A program made the position numbers and the translations under genes. From the human T2T-CHM13v2.0 reference genome, Homo sapiens, in NCBI RefSeq assembly GCF_009914755.1, contig NC_060926.1: DNA of 64,000 nt; one strand, 5' to 3'. Below are positions 13,551 to 31,169 of the stretch, piece after piece; within the stretch, counting starts at the first letter, position 1, and the number at the start of each line of letters is the position of its first letter. A model generated the notes under the pieces. It searched no databases. It was not told where the DNA came from and worked only from the letters and a program-made list of their open reading frames with translations.

Positions 13551-15174
13551 CTACAGCATCAGGTAGACATGGACACAAAGTAGATCCTCAGACTATGCCT
13601 GAAGAATCTATCAAAACAGAAGTTCCTGAGGTTACAGAATCCACAGCATCTGAGAGGACCTTCCTCCAGGTGTGAGATCACAGAAGAGGGGTACAGCCTA
13701 AGCATTGGGGCATAGCAGCCAGTGGGGGTCAGACCATATCAATAGCAATCTAATGTACAGTTTGAAACTTATAGCAACCAGATTTTATCAATGATTTCCT
13801 CATTCCAAAATAGCAGCGTGAAATAAATCTTAAGAGATGGTATGCCAGCCTATACAATGATCCTCTCAAGAGTTGAGAATACATATTTTGGTAATTAGCT
13901 CATGATGACTGATATGTATTCGAACACAGTATGTTCAAACTATTTGCAAACGAGTCTAGCAAGGAGCAGATCTAAGTCTCACATTTGGCAAGTATAACTA
14001 AAGCAATGTTTTATTGGTAATTAATGCCTATCTTAATGCAACCAATATCAGATTTGTGGGTGGCTTGCAAGCCACAACAATATACCGCTCAGGAGAGGGA
14101 CGAAAGACCTCTCACAAGAGTATACTCATAATATTTTCTGGCAGAAAAACGAAATTAAGAAAACTAGGAAAAGGAATTCCTACTATCACTAGTACTCACA
14201 GATTTCTCTGGCAAAACTCCACAGTTCCCCTCAAGACATATTGTTGAGTGTTTGGCCCACTTACACCATCACACAAGGTAGAATGACATTTGCTATATTC
14301 AGCCTAGATTCCTCGGTCTGACTTAAATCCCTCTAGAATTTGTCTTGCCAATATATTCATTTATTCATTCATAAATGTTCCTTGGATAAATTGTTCTGTC
14401 CCCAGAGACACAAAGATCAATGAGACATGGTCATTAATCCTGGGAAGCTCTTAGTTGTATGGAAAAGCAAGCCATGTAGACTAAGTATGTCCAGTGGTTA
14501 GAGGCACATTCAGTGTAGATTTGAACACAAAGTAGTCGTGAATTCTACCTGGAGAAGAGCTGAAATGCTATGTACCACCCTCCTCTACCTCAGCATACCC
14601 ATTCATTTAGTACCATGTCTGATTGGCCCCTACACTAGACACAAGATGAGGCTGGGAACACAGCCAGCAGAGATATTACGTGTGCCTATCATGCTCCTGT
14701 GAGAATTATGTGTGGTAAAAAAAATATATATATATGAAAACCAGCTAGCAGAGCCAGAAAATTATAATGACTAAATTTTGAAGGAAGGGGGAGAAGGAGG
14801 ATGACCAGAGGGAGGAAAAGTAAAAGGAAGAAGAAAATGTCTCATGGGTTCCCATTGCTATACTATCATCCACAAAGGCCAGAATGGGGTGTGTTATAAG
14901 ACAGTTTCCTGAAGTGCTAATCTAGTTTATAGTGCCTTCCCTCCGCCCAGTCTTTTTACGTGGAAATAAAATGAATCTCTTCTCAGGATAGTTTATAACA
15001 CAAGAGAGACTGAAACAGCAAAGAAGAAAGAAGTTATTTTCTCTCAGCAAATGAGCAAAGTAGTCTTCATTGTGATGTTCTCAGTGGATGCTTGAGCACT
15101 TTGTTCTTTTGAGTTCAATCACTTTATTTTAAAACCCCTGTTTATATGCCTGTCTGTGAACTAGGAAATTGGTG

Positions 15175-15498
15175 TCAATTCAATTACACAGGCATTTTTT
15201 TAGCAGCTATGATGTGCCCAGCACTGTTCCAGGAACCGGGTTCTGTTCTAAGTGCCAGATTCCCTTGTTAAAAGTCACTACTGCCCTCAAGAATCTTCCA
15301 CTGTAAGAGAGAAGTTAAATGTAACAATAATAAATAAATTGCAATACAATAAATACAACTTGATCAGTGCAATAATAAAAGTCTACTAACAGGCAGAAGG
15401 AGTTTAGAAAAGAAGAGAAATGACTATCAGGAGAATTAAAGGAGGATTTCTGGAGGGAAAAAAACAAAAACATCTGCTTGATAGGTTTAAATAGTGAG
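15175..15498 (-). mobile_element. L2 remnant (3' portion; continues after the L1 at ~25535)
   Basis: atgtgcccagcactgttc...ctgccctcaagaatctt...gtgcaataataaaagtc is typical of antisense L2. Confidence 0.6.
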
Positions 15499-15600
15499 TG
15501 TGAAGTGATGTCACAGAAATGGTGGACTAGGGTGCTTCAGAAATTGGTCATCCAAATGAGGCACCCACTAAGCTAGCAAAATCTGAGATAATCAACTTTA

Positions 15601-15911
15601 TTTTTTTTTTTTTTGAGACAGTCTCACTCTGTTGCCCAGGCTAGAGTGCAGTGGCGTGATCTAGGCTCACTAGGCTCACTGCGACCTCTGCCTCCCGGGT
15701 TCAAGTGATTCTCTTGCCTCAGCCTCCCGAGTAGCTGGGATTACAGGCACTCACCACCACACCACCATGCCCAGCTAATTTTTTGTATTTTTAGTAGTGA
15801 TGGGGTTTCACCATGTAGGCCAGGCTGGTCTCGAACTCCTGACCTCAAGTGATCCGCCCACCTTGGTCTCTCAAAGTGCTGGGATTACAGGCTGAGCCAC
15901 TGCACCCGGCC
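15601..15911 (-). mobile_element. Alu (AluSx-like) with internal micro-duplications
   Basis: PolyT plus full dimer; imperfect TSD tgagataatcaacttt / tgaaatatcaacttt. Confidence 0.95.
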
Positions 15912-16350
15912 TGAAATATCAACTTTTTTGGGATTCTGGGATCCAGTCAAAAACATATTGCAATCAAAGGAGTGCTTAATGAAGAAAAAGGCTGCGAAAA
16001 ACAGATGATAAAGCATCGTGGCAGTTTTTGCTTACCCGCCTGCTATCTTCCACTCCCTAGATCAGCAGTAACTGTGGGGGTGACAACTCACATTCCTGGA
16101 ATGGCTTGCTAGTGTCAGAGAGGCAATGTAGACAATTTTTTCTCAAAACTTGTGGTTATGCATTTTGACCTGTCTAGTGGTTGTCTGAGGGATTGATAGA
16201 TAGGCTTTCCCTTTGTTGTGCTCCCTTGGAATAGAGTGATTTTCCAGGCAGCCTCTGTAGAAAGCACTTAAAGATGGATGGCCAGCTAATGCAAGGGATG
16301 GTGGACAGACCCAACAGCTGGAAAGGAGAAAGCTGGAGAGGAATATCCTT

Positions 16351-19324
<2,974 letters not shown>

Positions 19325-20248
19325 AGAGGAATATTCTTAAGGGAATTAAGGCCTTTGAAGGTGTGCCGCAGATGCTAGGGAATCCAGAGTGCGATGCACA
19401 TCCCCAGGGCCAAACACATGCTCAGGAGAACTGTGAGAGGAGGCTAGGCTTATGCCTTTAGCTAACTCTGGACTCTGCATAAGCAGAAATTGAAGGTGAA
19501 GGCAGAGGTGTAGGTGAACAGGCTTAGCACTGAAGGTGCATTTTGGCTCAGAGATCTCCAAAGATTTGTGGGGGGAGGTCTTTTTGCTCAAGGTGTTTAA
19601 GGAAATTTTTGCCAGATCATTGCTTGACTGCTAAGATAACGAAGTAGAGATTTCAGTGACCACAGATGACAAGAAATACAGTCTTTTATTTCAAAAAATA
19701 GTTTGAAGAAGTCACTAAACAAATTAATAACTATGGTGGCCCCAACAATCAACAACAGCAAACTTTGAAGACAGATGTGAATCTGATTTCCACAGTTACC
19801 ACATTATAATATTTAAAATGCTCAGTCTTCAACAAAAAATTTCAATGCAAACAAAAAAAAGAAAGCATAGTTTATTCACAGGAATAAAGAAAATTTATAG
19901 AAACCACTTTTGAGTAAGCATAGATATGGACTTACTAGACAACGCTTTAAATCAACAGTCTTAAATGTGAACAGAGAGCTAAAGAAAAACATGGACAAGG
20001 ACAAGTAACTAAAGAATATCAGGAAGAAATGTATAAATAGATGAAGAACATCAATAAAAGGCAACCATATAGAAATATAGAGTTGAAAAGTACAAATACT
20101 GAATAAAAACTCACTAGAGGGGTCCAACAGAAGAGTTGAACTGGCAGAAGAATCAGAAAACAAAAAGATAGGGTAATTGGATTACTCAGTGAATAGCAGA
20201 AAAGAATTAAGAAAAATTAACAAATCATAAAGAACATGAAGCCATCAA

Positions 20249-20357
20249 ATATATATATAAATATATTATATATATTTATATATAATATATTTATATATAT
20301 ACATATATATGTGTATATATATACACATATATATGTATGTATATATATATATATATA
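20249..20357. repeat. (TA)n-rich microsatellite
   Basis: About 110 bp of interrupted TA repeats. Confidence 0.95.
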
Positions 20358-21933
20358 ATCAGAATCCCAGGAAAATAGAATAAGTGGTAGAAAGATCATT
20401 TGAAGAAATAATGATCAAAACTCCCCAAATTTGATATAAAATGTAAACCTACACATGCACAAAGCTCAATGGGCTCTAAGTAGGATAAACTCAAAGGTCC
20501 ACATCAAGACATATGATAATTAAATTGTGGAAAGACAGAAACAGAGAGCATATTTTAAAAGGAGTAAGAGAAATAGTGATTTGTCATACACAATTCATTC
20601 TCAATAACGTTAAGAGCCAATTTCTCACCTGAAACAATGGAGACTAAAAGGCAGTGTAATAACATATTTAAAGTTCTAAATTTTTTTAAGTCAATCAAAA
20701 ATTCTATTTCTTGTAAAACTATTATTAAAAATTGAAGGAGAAATTAAGGCATTCTCAACTAAAAAAATGTTGAGGAACTTTGTCACTACTATATCTGTCA
20801 TACAAGAAATGCTAAAGGGAGTCTTCAGGCTGAAATAAAAGAACATTAGCCCAGGACTTGAAGTTGTATGAAGAAATAAGGAACTACAATAAATGTAAAT
20901 AAATAAGTAAATAAAAGACAGTATAATTGTTTTTGTCATTTGTGACTCCTCTTTGTTGTTCCTATATTATTTAAAAGACAAATGAATAAAACAATAATTA
21001 TAAATCTATGTAAATTAACACACAATGTATAAAGATACATGTTGTGACAATAGCAATATAGAGGGGAGAAGATTTTTGTTAATGCTACTAAATTTTGTAT
21101 GCTACTAAATTAAGTTGTTATCAGTTCAAACTGGAATGTTATAAATTTAAATTTTTTAAATTGTTAGTCTATGGTAATCACTAAGAAAATAATTTAGAAA
21201 TATAAACAAAAGGAAATCAAATGCTACACTAGAAAAAAATCAACCAAACATGAAAGACACATTATGAGAATAATTATTGTAAATAATATAAAATATACAA
21301 AAAACAAAAAATGGAAGAAGCATGTACTTCATTGGTAACCACTTTAAATGTAAATGGCTTAAACTTGACAATTAAAAATCAGAGACTGACAGAATGGATT
21401 TTAAAATGATCTAATTATATGCTGTCTATAAGAGACTCACTTTAGGTTCAGAGACACAAATAGTTTGCAAATAGTAACCAAACAATATCTGTAGTGGCTG
21501 TTTAATATCAGACTTAATAGATTTTAACTCAAAAATTGTTACAAGAAATAAATAACATCATTATATCTTGTTAAAATGGTCAATTCATTAAGAAGATATA
21601 ACAATTATAAGCATATATTCATCAAACATCAAAGCCCCCAAATATATAAACCAAACATAGCCTGAATTGACAGGAGAAATGGACAGCTATACAATAATAA
21701 TGAGAGACTTGAATACACCATTTCAATAATGGATATGATATCTAAACAGAAGATAAATAGAGATATTGAGAATATGACCAACACTATAAGCTAACTAGAC
21801 CTAATAGACGATAGACAGATGATAGATAAATAATACTTCACCCAACAACAGATTACACATTCTTCATATGCACACATAAAGCATTCTTCAGCATAGACCA
21901 TAGGCTAGACATAAGACAAGATGTAATAAATTT

Positions 21934-22242
21934 ATTTATTTATTTATTTATTTATTTATTGAGACAGAATCTCACTCTCTTGCCCAGGCTGGAGTGCAGT
22001 TGTATAATATTGGCTCGCTGTAACTTCCACCTCCCAGGTTCAAGTGATTATCGTGCCTCAGCCTCCCAAGAAGCTGGGATTATAGGCACACACTGCCATG
22101 CCCAGCTAATTTTTGTGTTTTTAGTAGAGATGGGGTTTCGCCACATTGGCCAGGCTCGTCTCAAACTCCTGACCTCAAGTGATCCACCCACCCCGGCCTC
22201 TCAAAGTGCTAGGATTACAGGCATGAGTCACCATGCCTGGCC
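21934..22242 (-). mobile_element. Alu (AluSx-like) with (TAAA)n tail
   Basis: Perfect 16-bp TSD aagatgtaataaattt at 21918-21933 and 22243-22258. Confidence 0.96.
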
Positions 22243-25200
22243 AAGATGTAATAAATTTTTAAAAATTGAAATCATATAAAATGTCTCTCCAATCACAGTG
22301 AAATAAAGCAATAAGTCAATAACAGAAGAAAAACTAGAAAATTAACACATATGTAAAAATCAAACAACTCGCTTTTAGACAATCAATGGGCCAAGGAAGA
22401 AATCAAATGATAAATTGGAAAATACTTTGAGATGAATGAAAACAAAAACACAGCCTTCAAAAACTTATAGGATGCAGTGAAGGTCATGTTCAGAGGGAAA
22501 TTTATAGCTGTGAAGCCTACATTAAAAAGAAAGAAGAATCTTAAATCAATAACCTAACCATAATATTAAGAAACTAGAAAAAAAAGGAGTAAACTAATCC
22601 CAAATCTAGCATAGGGAAGGAAATAATAAAAATTGGAGCAGAAATAAATGAAGTAGAAAATAGAAAAACAACCTAATCAAGAAAACCAAAATTTGGCTGT
22701 TTAAAACACAAATAAAACTGACAAACATTTAGCTAAACTGATAAAGATAGAAAAGAGATGAATAACTAAAATCAGAAATGAAAGTAGGGACATTACTACT
22801 GAGCTTACAGAATACAAAAAATATTTTAAGATAATATCATAAACAGTATCGCATAAATAAATTATATAACCCAGATGAAATAAACAGATTCTTAGAAACA
22901 CACAAATACCAGAAGTGACTCAAGAAGAAATAGAAAATCTGAACACACCTGTAACAAGAGATTGAATCTGTAATCAAATACATCCCAACAACAACAAAAA
23001 ATATCTAGGACCAGATGGCTTCGCTGATGAATTCTACTGAAAATCCAAAGTAGAATTAATACCAATGCATCTCACATTCTTCCAAATAAAGAAGAGGTGG
23101 GAATACTTCCTAACTCATGCTACAAAGTCAGCATTACCCTGATACCAAAGCCAGACAAAGAAAGATACCACAAGAGAAGAAAACTACAGACTACTATTTC
23201 TTATGACTATAGGTGCCAAAACTCTCTGCAAAATACCATCAAACTCAATAATGAACACATATTAAAAGTATTATATGCAGTGACCAAACAGCATGTATCT
23301 CTCTTTAAACAAGGTGGTTTGCCATGAAATAAAGTACATTAATAGAAAAAAGCAAAAGGAACATGATGATTAATTCATGCAAAAGAAAAGGTATTTGGTG
23401 AAATCCAACAACCATTCATGATTTTAAACACGCACACACTCAGGAAACTAAGAACAGAAAGGAATTTTCTCAATATGTCAAAAGCATTTATGAAAAACCC
23501 TTAGCTAATGCCATACTCAATGGTAGTGAATTAAGTGAAAGCTTCTTCCCTAAGATCAAGACAAGGAGGTCTGCTTTTATCACTGCTATTCAACATTGTA
23601 TTGGAAATTCTAACCAGAGCAATTATACAAGAACAAGAAACAAAAAGTATCAAAATTGGAAGTGAAGAAGTTAAACCATCTCTCCCATGCATAGACAATC
23701 TCAAAGAAACAAAATCAACTTCAGTAAATAAATGAATTCAGCAAAATTGTAAAGTACAAGGTGACACACAAAAATCCATTGTGTGCTATACCTTGAAAAA
23801 GTAATTAAGAAAACAGTTACCTTAATAATAGTATTTTTGTAAAAGCATGAGTTATCCAGCAATAAATTTTACCAAGGAAGTGAAAGACATAAACACTTAA
23901 AACTAGAAAACATTTGTAAAATAAAGCCTTAAATAAATGGTAGTACATCCCATGTTCATGGTTTGGAACACTTAATATTGTTTAGATGGAAATACTATCC
24001 AAAGCAATAATCACATTCAAGGCAATTGCTGTCAAAGTCCCAACAGCCTTTTGTGTGGAAATGAAAAAGTGTATCCTCCAATTCATATGAAATGCAAGAG
24101 TGCCTGAATAGCCAGAACAGTCTTGACAAGGAACAAAGTTGTAAGGCTCACAATTACCAATTTCAAAACTTACTACAAGCTACAGCAATCAAAACAGTGT
24201 GGCACTGGCAAAGGATAGACATTTAGCCTAATTAAATAGAATTGAGAATCCATAAATAAACCTATACATCTATAGTCAATTAATTGTTGACAAGTGTGCT
24301 AAGATCATTTAATGAGGAAAGAATAGTCTCTTCACAAGTGGTACTGGAATAACTAGATATCCAGAGGCAAAACAATAAATCTGAACTCATACCTTATACC
24401 ATACACAAAAATTAACTCAAAATGGGTGAAATTCCTAAATATAAGAGCTAAAACTATAAAACTATTAGAAGAAAACATAGGAGTAAATCTTCATTATCTT
24501 TAATTTTTTAGTGAATTATTAGATATAATACCAAAAGAATAAGCAACAAAATAAAAAAATACATAAAATGGATTTCATCAAAATTAAAAACATTTGCATC
24601 AACACATTAATAAATAATTGAAAACATCACCTAGGGAATGGGAAAAAATATTTGACAATGATATAGCTAATAAATGTCTGGTATCCAAAACATGTAAAGA
24701 GCTCTTACAAGTCAACAACAAAAAGACAATTCAACTTTTTAAATGGGCAAGGTACTTGAACAGACTTTACCCCCAAAAAAGATACAAATGGCTAACAAGC
24801 AAATGAAAAGGTATCCAACATCACTAATCACTAGGGAAATGCAAATCAATACCACTTAACACTCCCTAGGATGCCTATAATCAAAAAGATGGAAAATAAT
24901 AATTGTTGATCAAGATCTGGAGAAATTGGAACCTTCCAATGTTGCTGATGCAAAGATAGAATGGTGCTGGTTACTAAAGTTTAAACATAGAGTTACCATG
25001 TGATTCAAAAGCTCTACTCCTAGGTATGTACAAAAAACAACTGAAAATAGGTATTCAAACAAATACTTGTTCATGAATGTTTATAGTAGCACTACACTAG
25101 CCAAAATGTGAAAACAACCCAAATATCAATAGATAAACAAACACATTGTTGTATATACATACGATGGAATATTATGGAGCGATAAAAAACAAAGAAGGGT

Positions 25201-25534
25201 TGATACATGCTACACCATAGAGAAACCTTAAGAACATTATGCTAAGAAAAGGAAGCCAAAAGCAAAACATCACGTATCATATGATTCCATCTATATAAAA
25301 TATCCAGAATAGGTAAATCCAGAGAAACAGAAAGCAGACTGATGGTTTTCAGGTCCTGGGGAAGGATGAAACGGGAAGTAACTGCTTAGTGTTAAAGGGA
25401 TTTTATTTTGGAGTGATGAAATGTTTTGGAACTAGATAGAGATCGTGATTTACAACATTGTAAATGTACTAAATTACTTACTTTAAAATGATTAATTTTT
25501 TATGTAAATTGTGCCTCAATTAAAAAATACACTT

Positions 25535-26145
25535 TTAAGTAAATGAGACTAGTTTAGAGGGAAAAAGGTGGAAAGGGAATTCCAGGCAGTGGAACCAACA
25601 CAAATAATGTTACGCAGTTTTAAAACAGGAGGATGCGAGCAAGAATCTACAAAGAATTCAGTTTAAAACCTGACATTTTCAGGCCAGAATTGGAGAGTCA
25701 AGAGACTGGAGAGGTAGGGGGAATAATGGAAGGCCTGTGTGGCATGCCAAGAGACTTGGATTTAATCCAGCAGAAGATAGAAAACCATTAGATGGCTCTA
25801 CACGAGAGAGGGGCATGTCCAAATTTGGGCTATGTGTGAAGGATTATGTTAGCCATTGAATGGAGGATGAGTGGGGCAGGCCATAGCTGCAAGTAGAGAA
25901 CAATAGTTACGGGCCCTTGTGGAAGGAGTCTGGTCAAGAGGTAATGGGATACATGGACTAGGGCAATGTTAATAGAACTAGAAATAAGGAGAATATTTAA
26001 GAAATTCTTGGGAGATAAAATGGGCAAGACTAGATTGTTGTTTGATGCAGGAAGTAGAAGGAGTAACTCCTCAGTGCTGATGTCCAGGTTCTAGCCTGGG
26101 AGCCTGGGTGGATCCTGGCACCATCATCTGAGATAGGGAGGAAAT
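25535..26145 (-). mobile_element. L2 remnant (continuation of the element at 15175-15498)
   Basis: gggaattccaggcagtggaac...catgccaagagacttggatttaatcc...ccaggttctagcctgggagcctgggtggat. Confidence 0.7.
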
Positions 26146-26694
26146 CTCATTCCAAACACACTCCTTCAGAATCCCTGAAGGTCTGGAACCTTGGGTGTGC
26201 TCTCCTGGGATAACAACTTTCATGTATCAAGAAGAGATACATGTATCATCTCAAGCAGCTGGTACAATTAGCCAGGTCATTACTACTACTACCAAGTCTG
26301 CAACTCCACCTCAACCCCAATTACCCGACGCCCTTCCCCTGAGAGGAGCCCTTATTCTTGGGTTTACCAACCGAAAGACCTGTCTGCTTCACCCATCATT
26401 CAAACACTTGTAGTTGACTGCCAACATAAACAGGTTTATAACCTTTTTGTTGGATGAAATGACATCTGCTTTTCACTATGCTTAACATCTGGTTAGTCCA
26501 ACAAAGCCTATAATTATATTTAATGGATGAGAAGTGTCTGACGGATTGCAGCCAAGTATCTGAATAAGACAATAAAGCTAAATGCAATGTGTAGGGATTT
26601 GCCTGATAGGATTCCCAGGCAAGGGTGAAAAGTGCTCTTTTTTCCAGTTGTACTGTTTGGTGTTCATACCATAGTTGGTTTAAAAAAAAAAGTG

Positions 26695-27330
26695 TTAAGC
26701 CTCCACACTGAAATGCACACCATGTTAGGTCCTGAGATGCACAGCTCTCTACCTTCTAAGAGCTCTTAATCCAGAGGGGAAGGCAAAGAAGTCAACAGCT
26801 CTAGCAGCATGACAAAAGATAAGACAGGGCCATAAACCAGAGACCTTAAGAGCACCCAATAGGAGCACTAGAATGAGACTGAGAAGGTTGGGTATCAAAT
26901 AAGCTTTGAAGAAAGAACAAGATTTCAAATAATAAGCAGGGTTGAATAAAACAAAAGAATGGGAAGGAAATCTTCAGGCAGAGGTAACAGCACGTGTAAA
27001 GTCATAATTAAACAGCATGATATTTCTGATGACTACTGTAGTTCCATAGGGCAGGAGCAAAGTGCACTCCTAGAGATGGAGAAGAAGCCAGAAGATCAGC
27101 CAGGTTGGGTCACTGAAGGCCTTAAGGCCTGAAGAAATACTTCTGAATGATATCCTGAAAGCCCGGGAACCACTGAAGGATGCTCACCAGAAGCGCCAAG
27201 TGATAAAATTTGCTTTTCAACAGGCCTGGGCAGCACTGCAAGGAGAGAGGGCAGGAGGCTGCTAGGGAAAGGCAGGCCAGGAGAAGACTCATGAGCAATC
27301 CAAGAGAGAAGTGGCAAAATGAGAAGGAGC
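26695..27330 (-). mobile_element. L2 remnant
   Basis: caggcagaggtaacagcacgtgtaaag...gggaaccactgaagga...aaatttgcttttc. Confidence 0.65.
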
Positions 27331-27455
27331 CAGCCAGAGAGCTGTGAGAGACATCACAGAACTGAGGAAGCTGTGGACCTTGGGAAAGACACTTAACTAT
27401 TTCAAACCTCAGTTTCCTTTTCAGCAAAATAGAAACAATAAAGTCCAACTCATAG

Positions 27456-27773
<318 letters not shown>

Positions 27774-28550
27774 ACTCATAGGTATTTTTTATGTTAAGCC
27801 CACTGAATGGCAGTCATGTTTATTTTTGCCGTATTCCATGAATACGGCAAAAGGCAAAAGTGCCTTAAAAGAAACCATATAAGCAGGGCCTTAAGAATTT
27901 TCCAATGCATGAAAAAAAAAAAAAAACCACCACCACCACAACAACAGCAAACAAAATGATTCAGAATCAAGTATCATAGTCAATGCATGTTCAGATCCTA
28001 AAGTAAACCCACAAATGGAGATCTGAAGGCAATAAAATAGAGTAGTACAGTCCTGGAATCTCACAGACCTGGGATTGCACCCTGGCTCCATCACATAAAG
28101 GATGTGCTACCCTCTCAAGTCAGCTCTTTGAGCTTCCATTTCCTATTTTTAAAAAAGAACATTTTCCTCATTATTAAATAATATGGGGGAAGCTCTTACC
28201 ATGGCCCTTGATGCCTAATAAGGCTCAACAACCAAACAGAGGTTGATAGAATTTAAAATTCACCCCTGAGAACAAGTTAGAAGCAGAGGGAGATCTTTCA
28301 CCTAGGTCTGTCTCACTTCAGAAACGGTATGCTTTTCCTGAACCATGTCAAAAGTACTAAACCTAAAAGTGAAACATTTCATCAAATCAAGTTCCTGTTA
28401 TCTGAAAAATTATAAAACAAAGCAACATCAGTAAGTTAGATGACTTACATAAAATGGAAAAGTTTCCAGAAGGCACAACCTGTTGAAATTGACAAGAAGA
28501 AATAGAAAATCGAATAGATTTAGTTAGACAACAGATTCAATTAGCAATTT

Positions 28551-28837
28551 GGCCAGGCACAGTGGCTCACACCTGTAATCCCAGCATTTTGGGAGTCCAA
28601 GGCAGGAAAATCACTTGACCCCAAGATTTCCAGACCAGCCTAAACAACACATTGAGACCCTGTCTCTACAAAAAAAAAAAAAAATTAACCAGGTATGATG
28701 GAGCATGTCTGTAGTCCCAGCTACTCAGGAGGCTGAGGCAGGAGAATCACTTGAGCCCAGGATAGAGCCTGCAGTGAGCCACAATTCCACCACTGCACTC
28801 CAGCCTAGGCGGCAGAGTGAGACCTTATCTCAAAAAG
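28551..28837 (+). mobile_element. Alu (AluJ-like), tail converted to CA/TG microsatellite
   Basis: ggccaggcacagtggctcacacctgtaatcccagc...; tagcaattt is repeated on both sides. Confidence 0.93.
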
Positions 28838-30544
28838 CACACACACACAAATATGTGTGTGTGTGTTTATATGTATATATGTTTTACATACATATAGCAA
28901 TTTTGTAATTCCAGAAAAAAAATTCTAAGCCCAGAATATTTAACTATTGAATTCTAACAAACATTTAAACATTAATTCTAATAAATACTTCCAAAAAATA
29001 GATGAGAAAGAAACACTTTTCAACTCATTCTTGGAGGCTAGTATTACCCTGATATGAAACCAGAAAGACATCTCTTATGAATGTAAACATTAAAGTCCTC
29101 AACAAAATACCAGACAACAAAATCCAGCAACAAATTAAAAAGATTATATAGCACGACTAATTGGGATTCATCCCAGCAATGTAAGATTGTTTTAATCAGT
29201 TAATGTAGTACTCCATATCAATAAAGGATATACACCATGTAATCATCTCCATAGATGCAGAAAAAAAGTGGTTAACAAATGCCAACACGCTTTTATGATA
29301 AACACACTCAACAAACTAGAAATAGAAGGGAACTTCATCGAACTGATATAGGACACATACGAAAAATCCACACTTAATGGTGAAGACTGGATGTTTTCAC
29401 CCATAGAACAGAAACAAGACAAGGATGTTTGCTTTTCCCACTTTTTTTTCAATATTTTGGTGGAAATTCTAGTCAGGGCAATTAGGCAAGAATATATATA
29501 TATATATTTAAAGGCTCTTATGTTGGAAAGGAGGAAGCAAAACTATATCTGTGTAAATGGCATGAACCTAACTGAAGAGCTAACACTATAAAACAGGATC
29601 TTCACAACCTTGGCTTAGGGAAGGCCTCTTCAGATTATGATACTATAAGCTCATGACAAAGATAAAATAGACAAATACGACCTCATAAAAGTTACAAACC
29701 TTGTGGTTTATAGTATATCATTAAGAAACCTAAACAATGACGCATAGAATGGAGAAAATATTTGCAAATACTATATGTACTAGGGAACTTGTTTCTAGAA
29801 CATATAAAGAACTCTTACAACTCAATGATAGAAAAGATAACAAATAATCCAACTTTTAAATGGGCAAATTATCTGAAGGGATATTCTCTAAAGATTATAC
29901 ACAAATATTCAATAAGTATGTGAAAAGGTGTTCAACATCATTAGCCATCCAGGAAATGCAAATTTAAAAAGCCACAGTGAGATCCACTTTGCACCCACTA
30001 GGATGGCTACACACACACTCACCTGATGATGTGTTTGCAAAAAGGGGAGAAACTGGAAACTTCAGACACTGTTGGTGGAATGTGAAATCATGCAGCAGGT
30101 TTGGAAAACACCTGGCAGTTCCTTGGAAAGTTAAAGATACAGTTACTATTTGACTCCTTAATTCCACACCTATGTATATTCCCAAGAATAATAACAACAT
30201 GTCCCCACACAAAGACTTTAGAATAAATTTTCATAGCAGCATTGCTCATAATAGCCAAAAAGTAGGAACAACTGATGAATGGATAATGGTGAATGGTGGT
30301 ACATCCAATAATAGAATATTGGCTCAGCAACAGAAACCACAGTAAGTTCTCACTTAACATCCTTGATAGGCTCTTGGAAACTACAATTTTAAGTGAAACA
30401 ATGCATACTAAACCAGTTTTTAAGTGAAACGATGCATACTAAACCAGTTTTACCACCATCTCTGATATAAGACAGAGTTTAGTTTCCAAGGCATATTTCT
30501 GGTCACAAAAATATCACCAAACTTCTAAATAAAGACCCAAAACA

Positions 30545-31169
<625 letters not shown>

